The notes beneath the pieces are model-generated. The model ran no database searches. It saw nothing but the letters and a program-made list of their open reading frames with translations, and was not told the DNA's origin. Shown here piece after piece: positions 42,259-50,668 of a DNA stretch of 55,925 nt; position 1 is the first letter of the stretch; each line of letters opens with the position of its first letter. Origin of the DNA: an uncultured archaeon (GTDB lineage Archaea > Asgardarchaeota > Lokiarchaeia > Sigyniarchaeales > SOKP01). The stretch covers positions 1 through 55,925 of the forward strand of contig CAYLZE010000022.1 in NCBI GenBank assembly GCA_964388035.1, in the 5' to 3' direction. The position numbers and the translations under genes were made by a program.

Positions 42259-45200
42259 ATGAAAATCAAAATAAGAGGGGCTCGGGAACATAATTTAAAA
42301 AGTGTGGATGTTGATATATCCCCGGGGCTCACGGTGGTGACTGGTGTCTCAGGCTCAGGTAAAACATCTCTCATCTTTGATACGCTATATAATGAAGCAA
42401 GAAGGCGCTTCATGGAAGCTTTTATGGTAAGCAAAGAGCAACTTAAATTGAATCCCGCAAAAGTAGATTCCATTTCGGGACTAGGTCCTGTTATTGCCTT
42501 GGAACAAAATTTGCTAAATAGAAATCCTAATTCCACTATAGCTTCTGCTTCTGGTCTTCTCCCTTTTTTGAGACTTTTGTATGCTCGATTCGGAGAGCGC
42601 AAGTGTCATGCATGTGGAGAATCCTTATCTATCCTCGATGAAGATAATATTATTTCGATGATGGAAGAATTAGCTTGCACAGAGAAAGTTGAAATTCTCG
42701 CTGTATTAATTAAACAAGTAATAGGATCTCACCGCACATTAATTAATTTCCTCGAAAACCAATTTGATAGACAAAAAATACTGATTGATGGGAAACCTTT
42801 AAAATCAAGTTCCTTGAATCCATTTGAAGCCCACGATATCATGATTCATGTAGGGGATATTGATAAAGATTTTAGTGCCATTGAAATCAGAAATTTAATT
42901 GATGGTATTTCGGCATTAGGGGCAAGTTCCATTAACCTAAAGGGAAAATCAATAGAGAAAGCAGTTGCATTTCAACCATACTGTGTGAATTGTGGAACAT
43001 GGCTAGAGAAAGTGGAACCCACGCATTTTAACCGTAATTGTCCCTATTGCAAGGGAAGTGGTTGCAAAAAATGTAATCAGACAGGCTTGCATCCTTTAGC
43101 ATCTAGCATCTCTTGGTTAGGTTTATCATTTCCTAATTTTTTAAGTAAGTCCATTAAAGACTTATTTGATCAATTTTCTAAAAATTCATTACCGGCTTCT
43201 AAGAGGTTAATTGAAGAAATAAGAAGAAGATTGAAAGTATTAAATGAGGTGGGGTTAAGCTATTTATCCTTAGATCGTATCTCACCATCTTTATCTCGGG
43301 GCGAATCTCAGAGAGTTCGTTTAGCTATCGTATTAACAAGCAAGCTTGAAGACATTATTCACGTACTAGATGAACCCACGATTGGTCAGCATCCTTACGA
43401 TGTGCAGCGCTTATTACCGATTTTTACTAATCTTGAAGGACCGGTGATTTATATTGAGCATGATAGACAAGCAGCTGCGTTCGCAGATCAAGCTATTGAT
43501 ATAGGTCCAGGTGCCGGTGTTATGGGGGGAAGTATCATATTTTCCGGAACTCCAGAAGAACTATGGAGAGCTAATACTCCGACGGGGAGATACTTTAGTT
43601 TAAGAAAAAAAATAGCACTTCCTAAAAGTCACTGCGCTCCACAATTATACATAAACATAAAAGGAGCGCATAAAAATAATTTAAAAAATATTGATGTTAA
43701 TTTCGCGTTAAATAGAATAAATGTAATAACTGGACCTTCCGGTTCAGGCAAGAGCACCTTAATCGAGGAGGTGTTATATCCCTCCTTAAAAGAAGGGAAT
43801 CCGGTGGGATGCAATTCGATAGAAGGTCCAAAGATACAACCAATATTAGTGAACCAAGAACCCATAGGAAAGAATCCTCGTTCAAATCCTGCTACTTACA
43901 CTAATATTGCTGATATAATTCGAACTTTATATGCGAAAGTCACGGGATATCAAGCCACGTATTTTTCTTTCAACACAAAAAGAGGGGCTTGCCCTACATG
44001 TAATGGGATGGGAGCCATTGAAATAAAAATGCGTTATTTACCTTCTACTTGGTTAACATGTTCAGATTGTCGGGGTAAAAGGTTCATGGATGAGATCCTT
44101 GATGCCAAGGTTCAATTTGGTGATAAATATTATTCTATTGCGGATTTCTATGACTTATCCATTTCTCACCTCAAAGAATTGTTCAAGAATGAAACGAGAC
44201 TTCCGGCAAAGGATCTGAAGAGCATTAAAAAAATGTTAAGTGCCTTGGACGATATCGGGTTAGGTTATCTATCCTTGGGACAGCCATCCCCTACTCTCTC
44301 AGGGGGAGAAGCTCAAAGAGTAAAATTATCTAAATTTTTAGGGAAAAAATCCCTTCAGAATCAATTAATAATATTAGATGAACCTTCCACGGGGCTACAT
44401 CCCAAGGATTTGGCGGGACTTTTAATAATTTTAGACCGTTTGATAAAATCGGGAGCCACTATAGTCATAGTAGAACATAACCTAGATATCATCCGTTTTG
44501 CGGATTGGATCATAGATCTTGGGCCAAATTCAGGACCAGATGGAGGGAATTTAGTATTTCAAGGTCCTCTACAAGGTTTGGTTGATAATGAAAAATCCTT
44601 GACTTCCATTGCTTTAAAAAACGAAGATTTAATTACTCCTCTCCCAAATAAGGATAGAAAAAAGCGAGAACCCTCGACCCATATAACCATTGAGAACGCT
44701 TCCATCCACAATTTAAAATCTCTAGATGTCAAGATTCCGAAAAATAAAATGACTGTTGTCACGGGAGTTTCGGGGAGTGGAAAATCAAGCTTAATTATCG
44801 ATACCTTAGAAAAAGAAGCTAGAAAGAGATATTTGGAATCCTTATCGATGTATGAGAGACAAGGAATAAAGGAAAGCTCCGAGGCTCAAGTAGGAAAAAT
44901 ATCCGGATTAGGGATTACTGCATTGATAAATTCCGAAAAAATTTCAAGCAAATGGTTTCTAAACGTCCGACACACGATTGGAATAGCTACGGAAATCTCT
45001 CTTCATCTGGCAAATATTTTTTCTTTTTTAGGGGAATTAAAATGTTCTAATTGTGGCACAAAAATGATTCGAAAAGAGAAATGGATATGTCCTAAGTGTG
45101 AATATTCTAGGCCTATTGCACAATCAAAACATTTTTTATCATTTAATTATTCTGCAGCGTGCTTGAAATGCCATGGAGTGGGTTTTTTGCAAGTACCTAA

Positions 45201-47115
45201 TCCCAATAAACTTATCATAGAACCAAACAAGCCATTATGTGGAGGTGCCATGTACTCTCCGGGCTTTTTTCCTAAAGGATACTTATGTAAGCCCTATAAT
45301 GGAGGATATTATATCGTACAAGCTTTAGCAGCTCGATATGGATTTGATCCCTTTAAGACTCCTTGGAAGGACATGTCAGAAGAAGTCAAGAACGCTTTTC
45401 TATTTGGGGATTGCAAACCATTACAAGTTACCTATGAAAATCGAAAGGGTCAAGTAACAGAAAAAGAATTAACTTATCTTGGATTTTATGGACAGTGGTT
45501 GAGAGATTGGGACACAGGAGGTACTTATACGGATACGAAACCTTGTGAAACTTGTAGAGGTTCTAAATTACGTTCAAAATATCTGGAAATAAAGGTGGAA
45601 GGATATAACATTCATGAATTAAGTGAATTATCCATTAAAGGACTCCATGAATTATTAAAAAATATCCCTAATTTGGAATCTGTACCCCTTTTTGTGAAGA
45701 ATAGTCTTGAAATTGTTAAAAGGCGTTTAGATTTTTTAATCAGAATAGGATTACACTACCTTAATCTAAATAGGGTGGTAGAAACTCTCTCGGCAGGAGA
45801 AGCACAGCGCATCCGCCTTGCAGGATTACTTGGAGGAAACCTCACATCTCTCACCGTGATATTAGATGAACCCACCCGAGGTATGCATCCGTCAGAAGTC
45901 AATTCTCTCATTGACGTTTTATTAGAACTGAGAGACAACGGAAACACGGTAATTGTAATTGAGCATGATCCTCTTTTCATGCGCAATGCAGATTACATTA
46001 TTGATCTTGGACCCGAAGCAGGTAAATTAGGGGGACAAATTGTTGCTGAAGGAATAATAAAAGAAATTATAGATGGAAAAACTTTAACTGGCATGTGGTT
46101 AAGTGGTAAAAAGAAATTTGACAAACCAGAAAAAAGAAGGATCCCAAAAACCTGGTTAACTATTCATGGCGCTAGAGAGAATAATTTAAAAGAGAGTACT
46201 GTAAAAATTCCCCACGGTGTCTTAGTTGGAATATGTGGTATCTCAGGAAGCGGTAAAAGTACTTTATTAATTGATACATTAGGTAGAGCATTAGCCCCTA
46301 TAAAACATACCACTTCAGTGGCTCGGGAAATATTAGAACCAGGGAAATATGATAACATCAAAGGAGAGCTGTCTCAGACGATAATTATTGACCAAGTTAA
46401 AGCAAAAATGGGTTCACCCTTAAAGTTTCTTGGTATAAAGAAAGAAATTTTAAAATTATATAGCGAAACCGAAGATGCAAAATTATTGGGAATTGATGAC
46501 AAGACCCTCTCCAAAGACTGCTCTACCTGTAAGGGAAAAGGATATATTAAAGTCGACATGCAATTTCTGCCAGATGTTATGGAGGAATGTAGTACTTGCA
46601 AGGGCTCTGGTTTTCTTCCCGAAGCATGGCAAGTGCATTATAAGGATGTGCCTTTACCTAAAGTAAATGAATTAACTATCGATGAAGCAGTTCTTCTCTT
46701 TAAAGAGAATGATTCAATTAAAAAAAAATTAGAAAATGCACAAAAAGTTGGGTTAGGTTATTTAACTTTAAATCAACCAGCAAGAGAACTATCTGGTGGT
46801 GAAGCTCAGAGATTAAAAATAGTCAATGAATTAAGTAAAGCAACGAAGAAAAAGACTTTATACATTCTCGATGAGCCTTCTATTGGTCAGCATTTAGAGG
46901 ATCTTTCAAAATTGATAACAACCCTTCAATTATTAGTTGATAAAGGGAATTCTGTCGTGTTGATTGAACATCATCCACACTTACTTTTTTCTTGTGATTG
47001 GTTGATAGAATTAGACGACGGCAAAGTGGTTGCTTCAGGACCTCCAGAGGTCATAGCAAATTCAGAAACGCCCACGGCTCCATTTCTAAAAGAAATCATG
47101 GAGGGTAAAGCTTGA
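42259..47115 (+). CDS. uvrA: Double-length (tandem-fused) UvrA-family ATPase, 4 NBDs
   Basis: Four Walker A (GVSGSGKT, GPSGSGKS, GVSGSGKS, GISGSGKS) and four signatures (LSRGE, LSGGE, LSAGE, LSGGE). Confidence 0.9.
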   Translation: MKIKIRGAREHNLKSVDVDISPGLTVVTGVSGSGKTSLIFDTLYNEARRRFMEAFMVSKEQLKLNPAKVDSISGLGPVIALEQNLLNRNPNSTIASASGLLPFLRLLYARFGERKCHACGESLSILDEDNIISMMEELACTEKVEILAVLIKQVIGSHRTLINFLENQFDRQKILIDGKPLKSSSLNPFEAHDIMIHVGDIDKDFSAIEIRNLIDGISALGASSINLKGKSIEKAVAFQPYCVNCGTWLEKVEPTHFNRNCPYCKGSGCKKCNQTGLHPLASSISWLGLSFPNFLSKSIKDLFDQFSKNSLPASKRLIEEIRRRLKVLNEVGLSYLSLDRISPSLSRGESQRVRLAIVLTSKLEDIIHVLDEPTIGQHPYDVQRLLPIFTNLEGPVIYIEHDRQAAAFADQAIDIGPGAGVMGGSIIFSGTPEELWRANTPTGRYFSLRKKIALPKSHCAPQLYINIKGAHKNNLKNIDVNFALNRINVITGPSGSGKSTLIEEVLYPSLKEGNPVGCNSIEGPKIQPILVNQEPIGKNPRSNPATYTNIADIIRTLYAKVTGYQATYFSFNTKRGACPTCNGMGAIEIKMRYLPSTWLTCSDCRGKRFMDEILDAKVQFGDKYYSIADFYDLSISHLKELFKNETRLPAKDLKSIKKMLSALDDIGLGYLSLGQPSPTLSGGEAQRVKLSKFLGKKSLQNQLIILDEPSTGLHPKDLAGLLIILDRLIKSGATIVIVEHNLDIIRFADWIIDLGPNSGPDGGNLVFQGPLQGLVDNEKSLTSIALKNEDLITPLPNKDRKKREPSTHITIENASIHNLKSLDVKIPKNKMTVVTGVSGSGKSSLIIDTLEKEARKRYLESLSMYERQGIKESSEAQVGKISGLGITALINSEKISSKWFLNVRHTIGIATEISLHLANIFSFLGELKCSNCGTKMIRKEKWICPKCEYSRPIAQSKHFLSFNYSAACLKCHGVGFLQVPNPNKLIIEPNKPLCGGAMYSPGFFPKGYLCKPYNGGYYIVQALAARYGFDPFKTPWKDMSEEVKNAFLFGDCKPLQVTYENRKGQVTEKELTYLGFYGQWLRDWDTGGTYTDTKPCETCRGSKLRSKYLEIKVEGYNIHELSELSIKGLHELLKNIPNLESVPLFVKNSLEIVKRRLDFLIRIGLHYLNLNRVVETLSAGEAQRIRLAGLLGGNLTSLTVILDEPTRGMHPSEVNSLIDVLLELRDNGNTVIVIEHDPLFMRNADYIIDLGPEAGKLGGQIVAEGIIKEIIDGKTLTGMWLSGKKKFDKPEKRRIPKTWLTIHGARENNLKESTVKIPHGVLVGICGISGSGKSTLLIDTLGRALAPIKHTTSVAREILEPGKYDNIKGELSQTIIIDQVKAKMGSPLKFLGIKKEILKLYSETEDAKLLGIDDKTLSKDCSTCKGKGYIKVDMQFLPDVMEECSTCKGSGFLPEAWQVHYKDVPLPKVNELTIDEAVLLFKENDSIKKKLENAQKVGLGYLTLNQPARELSGGEAQRLKIVNELSKATKKKTLYILDEPSIGQHLEDLSKLITTLQLLVDKGNSVVLIEHHPHLLFSCDWLIELDDGKVVASGPPEVIANSETPTAPFLKEIMEGKA

Positions 47116-48146
47116 CCTGGATACCATTATTACTCACCGATCCTTCTGCTTGTCTAAGATACTTAGTATTAAAGGATTTGCTTGGAAGATCAGAAAATGA
47201 TTCAGAACTCCAAGAATTTTGTGAATTAAGGCCCGAAGATCCTCTTATCAAAAATCTTGAAGAACTTCAGCAAAACAATGGCGCTTGGGAGTCCGACGGT
47301 GTTTCAATAGTTGGGAGTGGAAATATCCTATATTCGACTTCGATGGCATTACAAAGATTGGGATATCTACAAATCGAGAAAGATCATCCCATGATACAAA
47401 AAGCAGCGGAATATATTTTTTCTAAACAACGGGATGATGGTTCTTGGCCAATGCCTGGGAAAAAAGAATTGGATGAGGAAGAAGTAGGATATCAAATGAT
47501 GCCCATCCAAACTGCCATCCCACTATTGGGGTTGGCAATGTGCGGGTATTACTCAGATAAGAGGGCGGAAAAAGCATACGAGTGGTTACTTAAGCAACGA
47601 TTAGAGGATGGAGCATGGCCAGTGGGTATTGCTTCAGGAAATTATGGAGGAATTGCAGGTTATAGGCGAATTGCTCATTCACGGTGGGGGTGCAGATCCA
47701 ATACTTTAGCGGTTCTATCTTGTCTTGCATACCATCCTAAGAGAAAGGCAAGCAATGAAGCGCAAAAAGCACTTGACTTGATTTTAGGAACCAAGATCTT
47801 TTTAAGGAATACAATTGGCTTTAATATCGCGAGATTGATCGGATTGGAGAAATCTATTGGAAGAATAACCTTCATGGCTAGATTTGACATGGCTCAAATT
47901 CTCGATCTATGTTGGAGAGTTGAAGCAAGTAAGAATGATGTTCGAATCGAAGAATTCATCAACTTTGTTAAAGAGAAGCAAGGAAAAAATGGAATTTGGG
48001 AATACTTGCCTTATCCAAGAGCCTCGCGCTGGATTACATTCGATTTATTGCGTACTTTTTCCAATTTGGACGATAAAGAAGATTGGATATCTTTTGAGCC
48101 CTCTACTCCGTTTAGTTCTTATTTAAAGAAAAAATTACGATTTTAA
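47112..48146 (+). CDS. Prenyltransferase/squalene-oxidase (QW) repeat protein
   Basis: QQNNGAW, QRDDGSW, QRLEDGAW, QGKNGIW; 4-nt overlap with the uvrA stop. Confidence 0.8.
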   Translation: MTWIPLLLTDPSACLRYLVLKDLLGRSENDSELQEFCELRPEDPLIKNLEELQQNNGAWESDGVSIVGSGNILYSTSMALQRLGYLQIEKDHPMIQKAAEYIFSKQRDDGSWPMPGKKELDEEEVGYQMMPIQTAIPLLGLAMCGYYSDKRAEKAYEWLLKQRLEDGAWPVGIASGNYGGIAGYRRIAHSRWGCRSNTLAVLSCLAYHPKRKASNEAQKALDLILGTKIFLRNTIGFNIARLIGLEKSIGRITFMARFDMAQILDLCWRVEASKNDVRIEEFINFVKEKQGKNGIWEYLPYPRASRWITFDLLRTFSNLDDKEDWISFEPSTPFSSYLKKKLRF

Positions 48147-48743
48147 ATATTAGAATAAGAAATTTTAATTACAAGCTCCAATAAAAGTGGTTTAAATTAC
48201 GAAAATTATTGTTTATACTAATGATATTTGATGTATCAATATTTATTTCGCCGGAATAATGTCGAGCATGATCATTTATCATTTCTGATTGATTTCAGAT
48301 TAGTAGGACTGTATAATTATTATAAAAGATATTATTTATAGATCAGATAAGCCGGGATACTCGACATTAAATCTAATGAAGAATATCTTTTATATTGTTA
48401 TTGGGTATTTTAATTCACATAATTCTAATGCGCCACGTGAGAAATGCTCATTTCAAGATTAATTGTATAATAATAGAAATGTATATATTCAAAATCATTC
48501 CAATAGCTCTTCTAATAGTAATCATATTAGAGTTATTTTTGATTAATTAAAGAGAGTGTTTCTTTAGAATTAATTACGAGAGATTTTAGGAAATTTTCAT
48601 TATCTTTTACTTGGGTTATCTCCATTGCCTAATGATTTTCAAAGGGTTTATCTCTCTAATAAATTTAGGTGAGATTATGGAAATTACCTTAAATACGGTT
48701 AGAGCTTATCTAATAACTTGAATATTGGATTTAGGCAATTAAC

Positions 48744-48800
48744 TTTAAATAATCCTTAATATTCTTATATTCACCATATGAGATAAAATCATATGGAGGA
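48744..48800 (+). promoter_or_regulatory. TATA-like box, 8-bp hairpin and SD for the small peptide gene
   Basis: TTTAAATA 48744-48751; CCATATGA 48774-48781 / TCATATGG 48789-48796; GGAGGA 48795-48800. Confidence 0.55.
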
Positions 48801-48805
48801 ATCCT

Positions 48806-48955
48806 ATGTCAAAAAAAGTAGTTGTGAAGAAAGAAGAGGTTAAAAAACCTGATGTAAAATCAGCAGCTAAACCAGCTGGGCAACCCGCTCCAAAACCGGT
48901 TGCAAAACCAACTCCAAAAAAGAAGTATGAAGACGAAGACGATGATGATTATTAA
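48806..48955 (+). CDS. 49-aa Lys/Pro-rich peptide with acidic C-tail; candidate substrate/precursor for the SET and ATP-grasp enzymes
   Basis: MSKKVVVKKEEVKKPDVKSAAKPAGQPAPKPVAKPTPKKKYEDEDDDDY*; GGAGGA 5 nt before ATG; T8 tract downstream; below the ORF-track cutoff. Confidence 0.8.
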   Translation: MSKKVVVKKEEVKKPDVKSAAKPAGQPAPKPVAKPTPKKKYEDEDDDDY

Positions 48956-48996
48956 ATACTTTAGATCATTTAAATTAATGAAGTCTTCATGAAAGG

Positions 48997-49004
48997 TTTT
49001 TTTT
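48997..49004 (+). terminator. T8 tract, possible archaeal-type terminator/attenuator after the peptide gene
   Basis: TTTTTTTT 41 nt after the peptide stop, preceded by the palindrome ATGAAGtCTTCAT. Confidence 0.35.
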
Positions 49005-49065
49005 GAATTCTAATCGCTTTATAAAGGTTATTATTATTAATCTTGTAGCTTTAATAAAAGAAATT

Positions 49066-49539
49066 ATGTTTTATAAAAGGAGAGCTAACGAAAATTATCC
49101 TTCGAAAGTAAGTAATTGTTCCTATGGAAAATGTTTAAAGGCAACGAAGAATATTCCATCCAAAACACTTGTTCAGATATTTAAAGGACCTATTACTTCT
49201 TGGAGAGACATTACTGAAGAACATATAAATTACGTATTATGGGTGGATGATGCGAAATGGATTATCCCATTAACGAGTGCACGATATATTAATCATTCCT
49301 GTGATCCAAATTGTATAGTAGATGAACGACTAAATGTAATAACAACACGCCCCGTACAAAAAGGAGAAGAATTAACAATTACTTATAACGTGATAGATGG
49401 AGCAGATCCGGGTCTTTGGGATAGCCGTTGGAGTTTTCAATGTAAATGCGGCGCTCAAAATTGTCAAGGATATATCAATAAATACATAACCGGAGATGGA
49501 AAACCATTAATTACTAAATTAAAAACGAATGACTTTTAA
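49066..49539 (+). CDS. SET-domain protein-lysine methyltransferase with post-SET Zn motif
   Basis: YGKCLKA, ARYINHSCDPN, GEELTITY, CKCGAQNCQGYI; ATG 49066 preferred over TTG 49003. Confidence 0.93.
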   Translation: MFYKRRANENYPSKVSNCSYGKCLKATKNIPSKTLVQIFKGPITSWRDITEEHINYVLWVDDAKWIIPLTSARYINHSCDPNCIVDERLNVITTRPVQKGEELTITYNVIDGADPGLWDSRWSFQCKCGAQNCQGYINKYITGDGKPLITKLKTNDF

Positions 49540-49608
49540 AATATATTAATTATGTAAATCTTAATTATCAAATTTACATTAAGAGTATATTTTAAGAGAT
49601 TCGTTTTC

Positions 49609-50601
49609 ATGAAAAAGATAGTAATTTTATATTATGATAAAAATTATCCTTTAAAGATAGACAATTTCAAAATTCCAATCGATGAAGAAACCGATTTTGA
49701 GGATTTTATTATCGAAATTAATCAGTTAAGAAAAAACTATGATATTACTTATCTTAACAATCATGAAGAAAGTCTACATTATTTCTGTAAGAATAAAAAT
49801 AATATTGATCTCGTTGTGAATCTAGCCGATAATGGTTTTAATAATGATTTGGATAAGAATGGCTTTTTTATTGAACTATTTAATTATCTTGACATTAAGT
49901 TTACGGGAAGACAAGCTAATAACGTGGAATTCTTTGAAAAAAAAGATTTAATGCATTATTTTTTAGAATACATGGGTATTGAAGTACCTAAGACCATTTT
50001 TTATTATCCTGGAATGGATTTAACATTTTTAAAAAAAAAACTTTCTTTTTTAAATTACCCTATCATAATAAAGGTAGGAAAATCAGGAGGATCCTTAACC
50101 TTAGACGTTAACAGTATTTGTTCTTCCTATCGCTCAATTATTAATAAGATAAATGAAATAGAGAAATCTCTAGGAAAAAAAAACGTGTTGCTTCTACAAG
50201 AATTTATAGAAAATGCAAGAGAATATTCTTCGTTCCTAATTGGAAATCAAGAATGTAAGGATATTCAAGCGTTTACCATTAAAGTCACACCAAATAAGTT
50301 TTATGATTATGAACAAAAGATGTCAAATATTCTTCCCGCTGGAGATTTCTATAAAGAATGCGATTTAACCGCAACGTTTCTAAAAGAAGTTGAAAAAAAA
50401 TTGATTTTTATTAAAAATGTGACCGATTGTAAAGATTATGTTCGATTTGATTGGTTGATTGATGAAAAAAATCGTTTTTTTTTAATAGACTTTAATGCTA
50501 ATCCTGCTTTTGATTCGGAATTAGTAAAAATGATTAATAGATCATTTGATAATGATAATATTTTACTTGGGTATGTGATTGAATCTGCTTTAAACAGATA
50601 A
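49609..50601 (+). CDS. ATP-grasp ligase (Ddl-like fold, not canonical Ddl)
   Basis: LDIKFTG, YPIIIK..KSGGS, LQEFIE..REY, YDYEQK, DYVRFD, IDFNANP. Confidence 0.88.
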   Translation: MKKIVILYYDKNYPLKIDNFKIPIDEETDFEDFIIEINQLRKNYDITYLNNHEESLHYFCKNKNNIDLVVNLADNGFNNDLDKNGFFIELFNYLDIKFTGRQANNVEFFEKKDLMHYFLEYMGIEVPKTIFYYPGMDLTFLKKKLSFLNYPIIIKVGKSGGSLTLDVNSICSSYRSIINKINEIEKSLGKKNVLLLQEFIENAREYSSFLIGNQECKDIQAFTIKVTPNKFYDYEQKMSNILPAGDFYKECDLTATFLKEVEKKLIFIKNVTDCKDYVRFDWLIDEKNRFFLIDFNANPAFDSELVKMINRSFDNDNILLGYVIESALNR

Positions 50602-50668
50602 AATTTTATATCTGATAGGAAAGAAATTGTTCCTTTAAATTTTAAAGAGCAATTAATACATTTTATGA

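Noticed and set aside
39793-44790. Near-identical ~22-nt repeats (CGGGAGTTTCGGGAAGCGGGAA) in uvrA genes
   Set aside because: They encode the Walker A GVSGSGK motifs, so they are explained by protein conservation and are not CRISPR or mobile repeats
47112-48146. Annotation as squalene-hopene cyclase
   Set aside because: About half the expected length and no DxDD motif
49003-49065. ORF-track N-terminal extension of the SET protein from TTG 49003
   Set aside because: Starts inside a T-tract and adds non-SET sequence; ATG 49066 is more plausible
49609-50601. Annotation as ddl (cell-wall D-Ala-D-Ala ligase)
   Set aside because: Divergent N-domain and catalytic motif; no mur genes nearby
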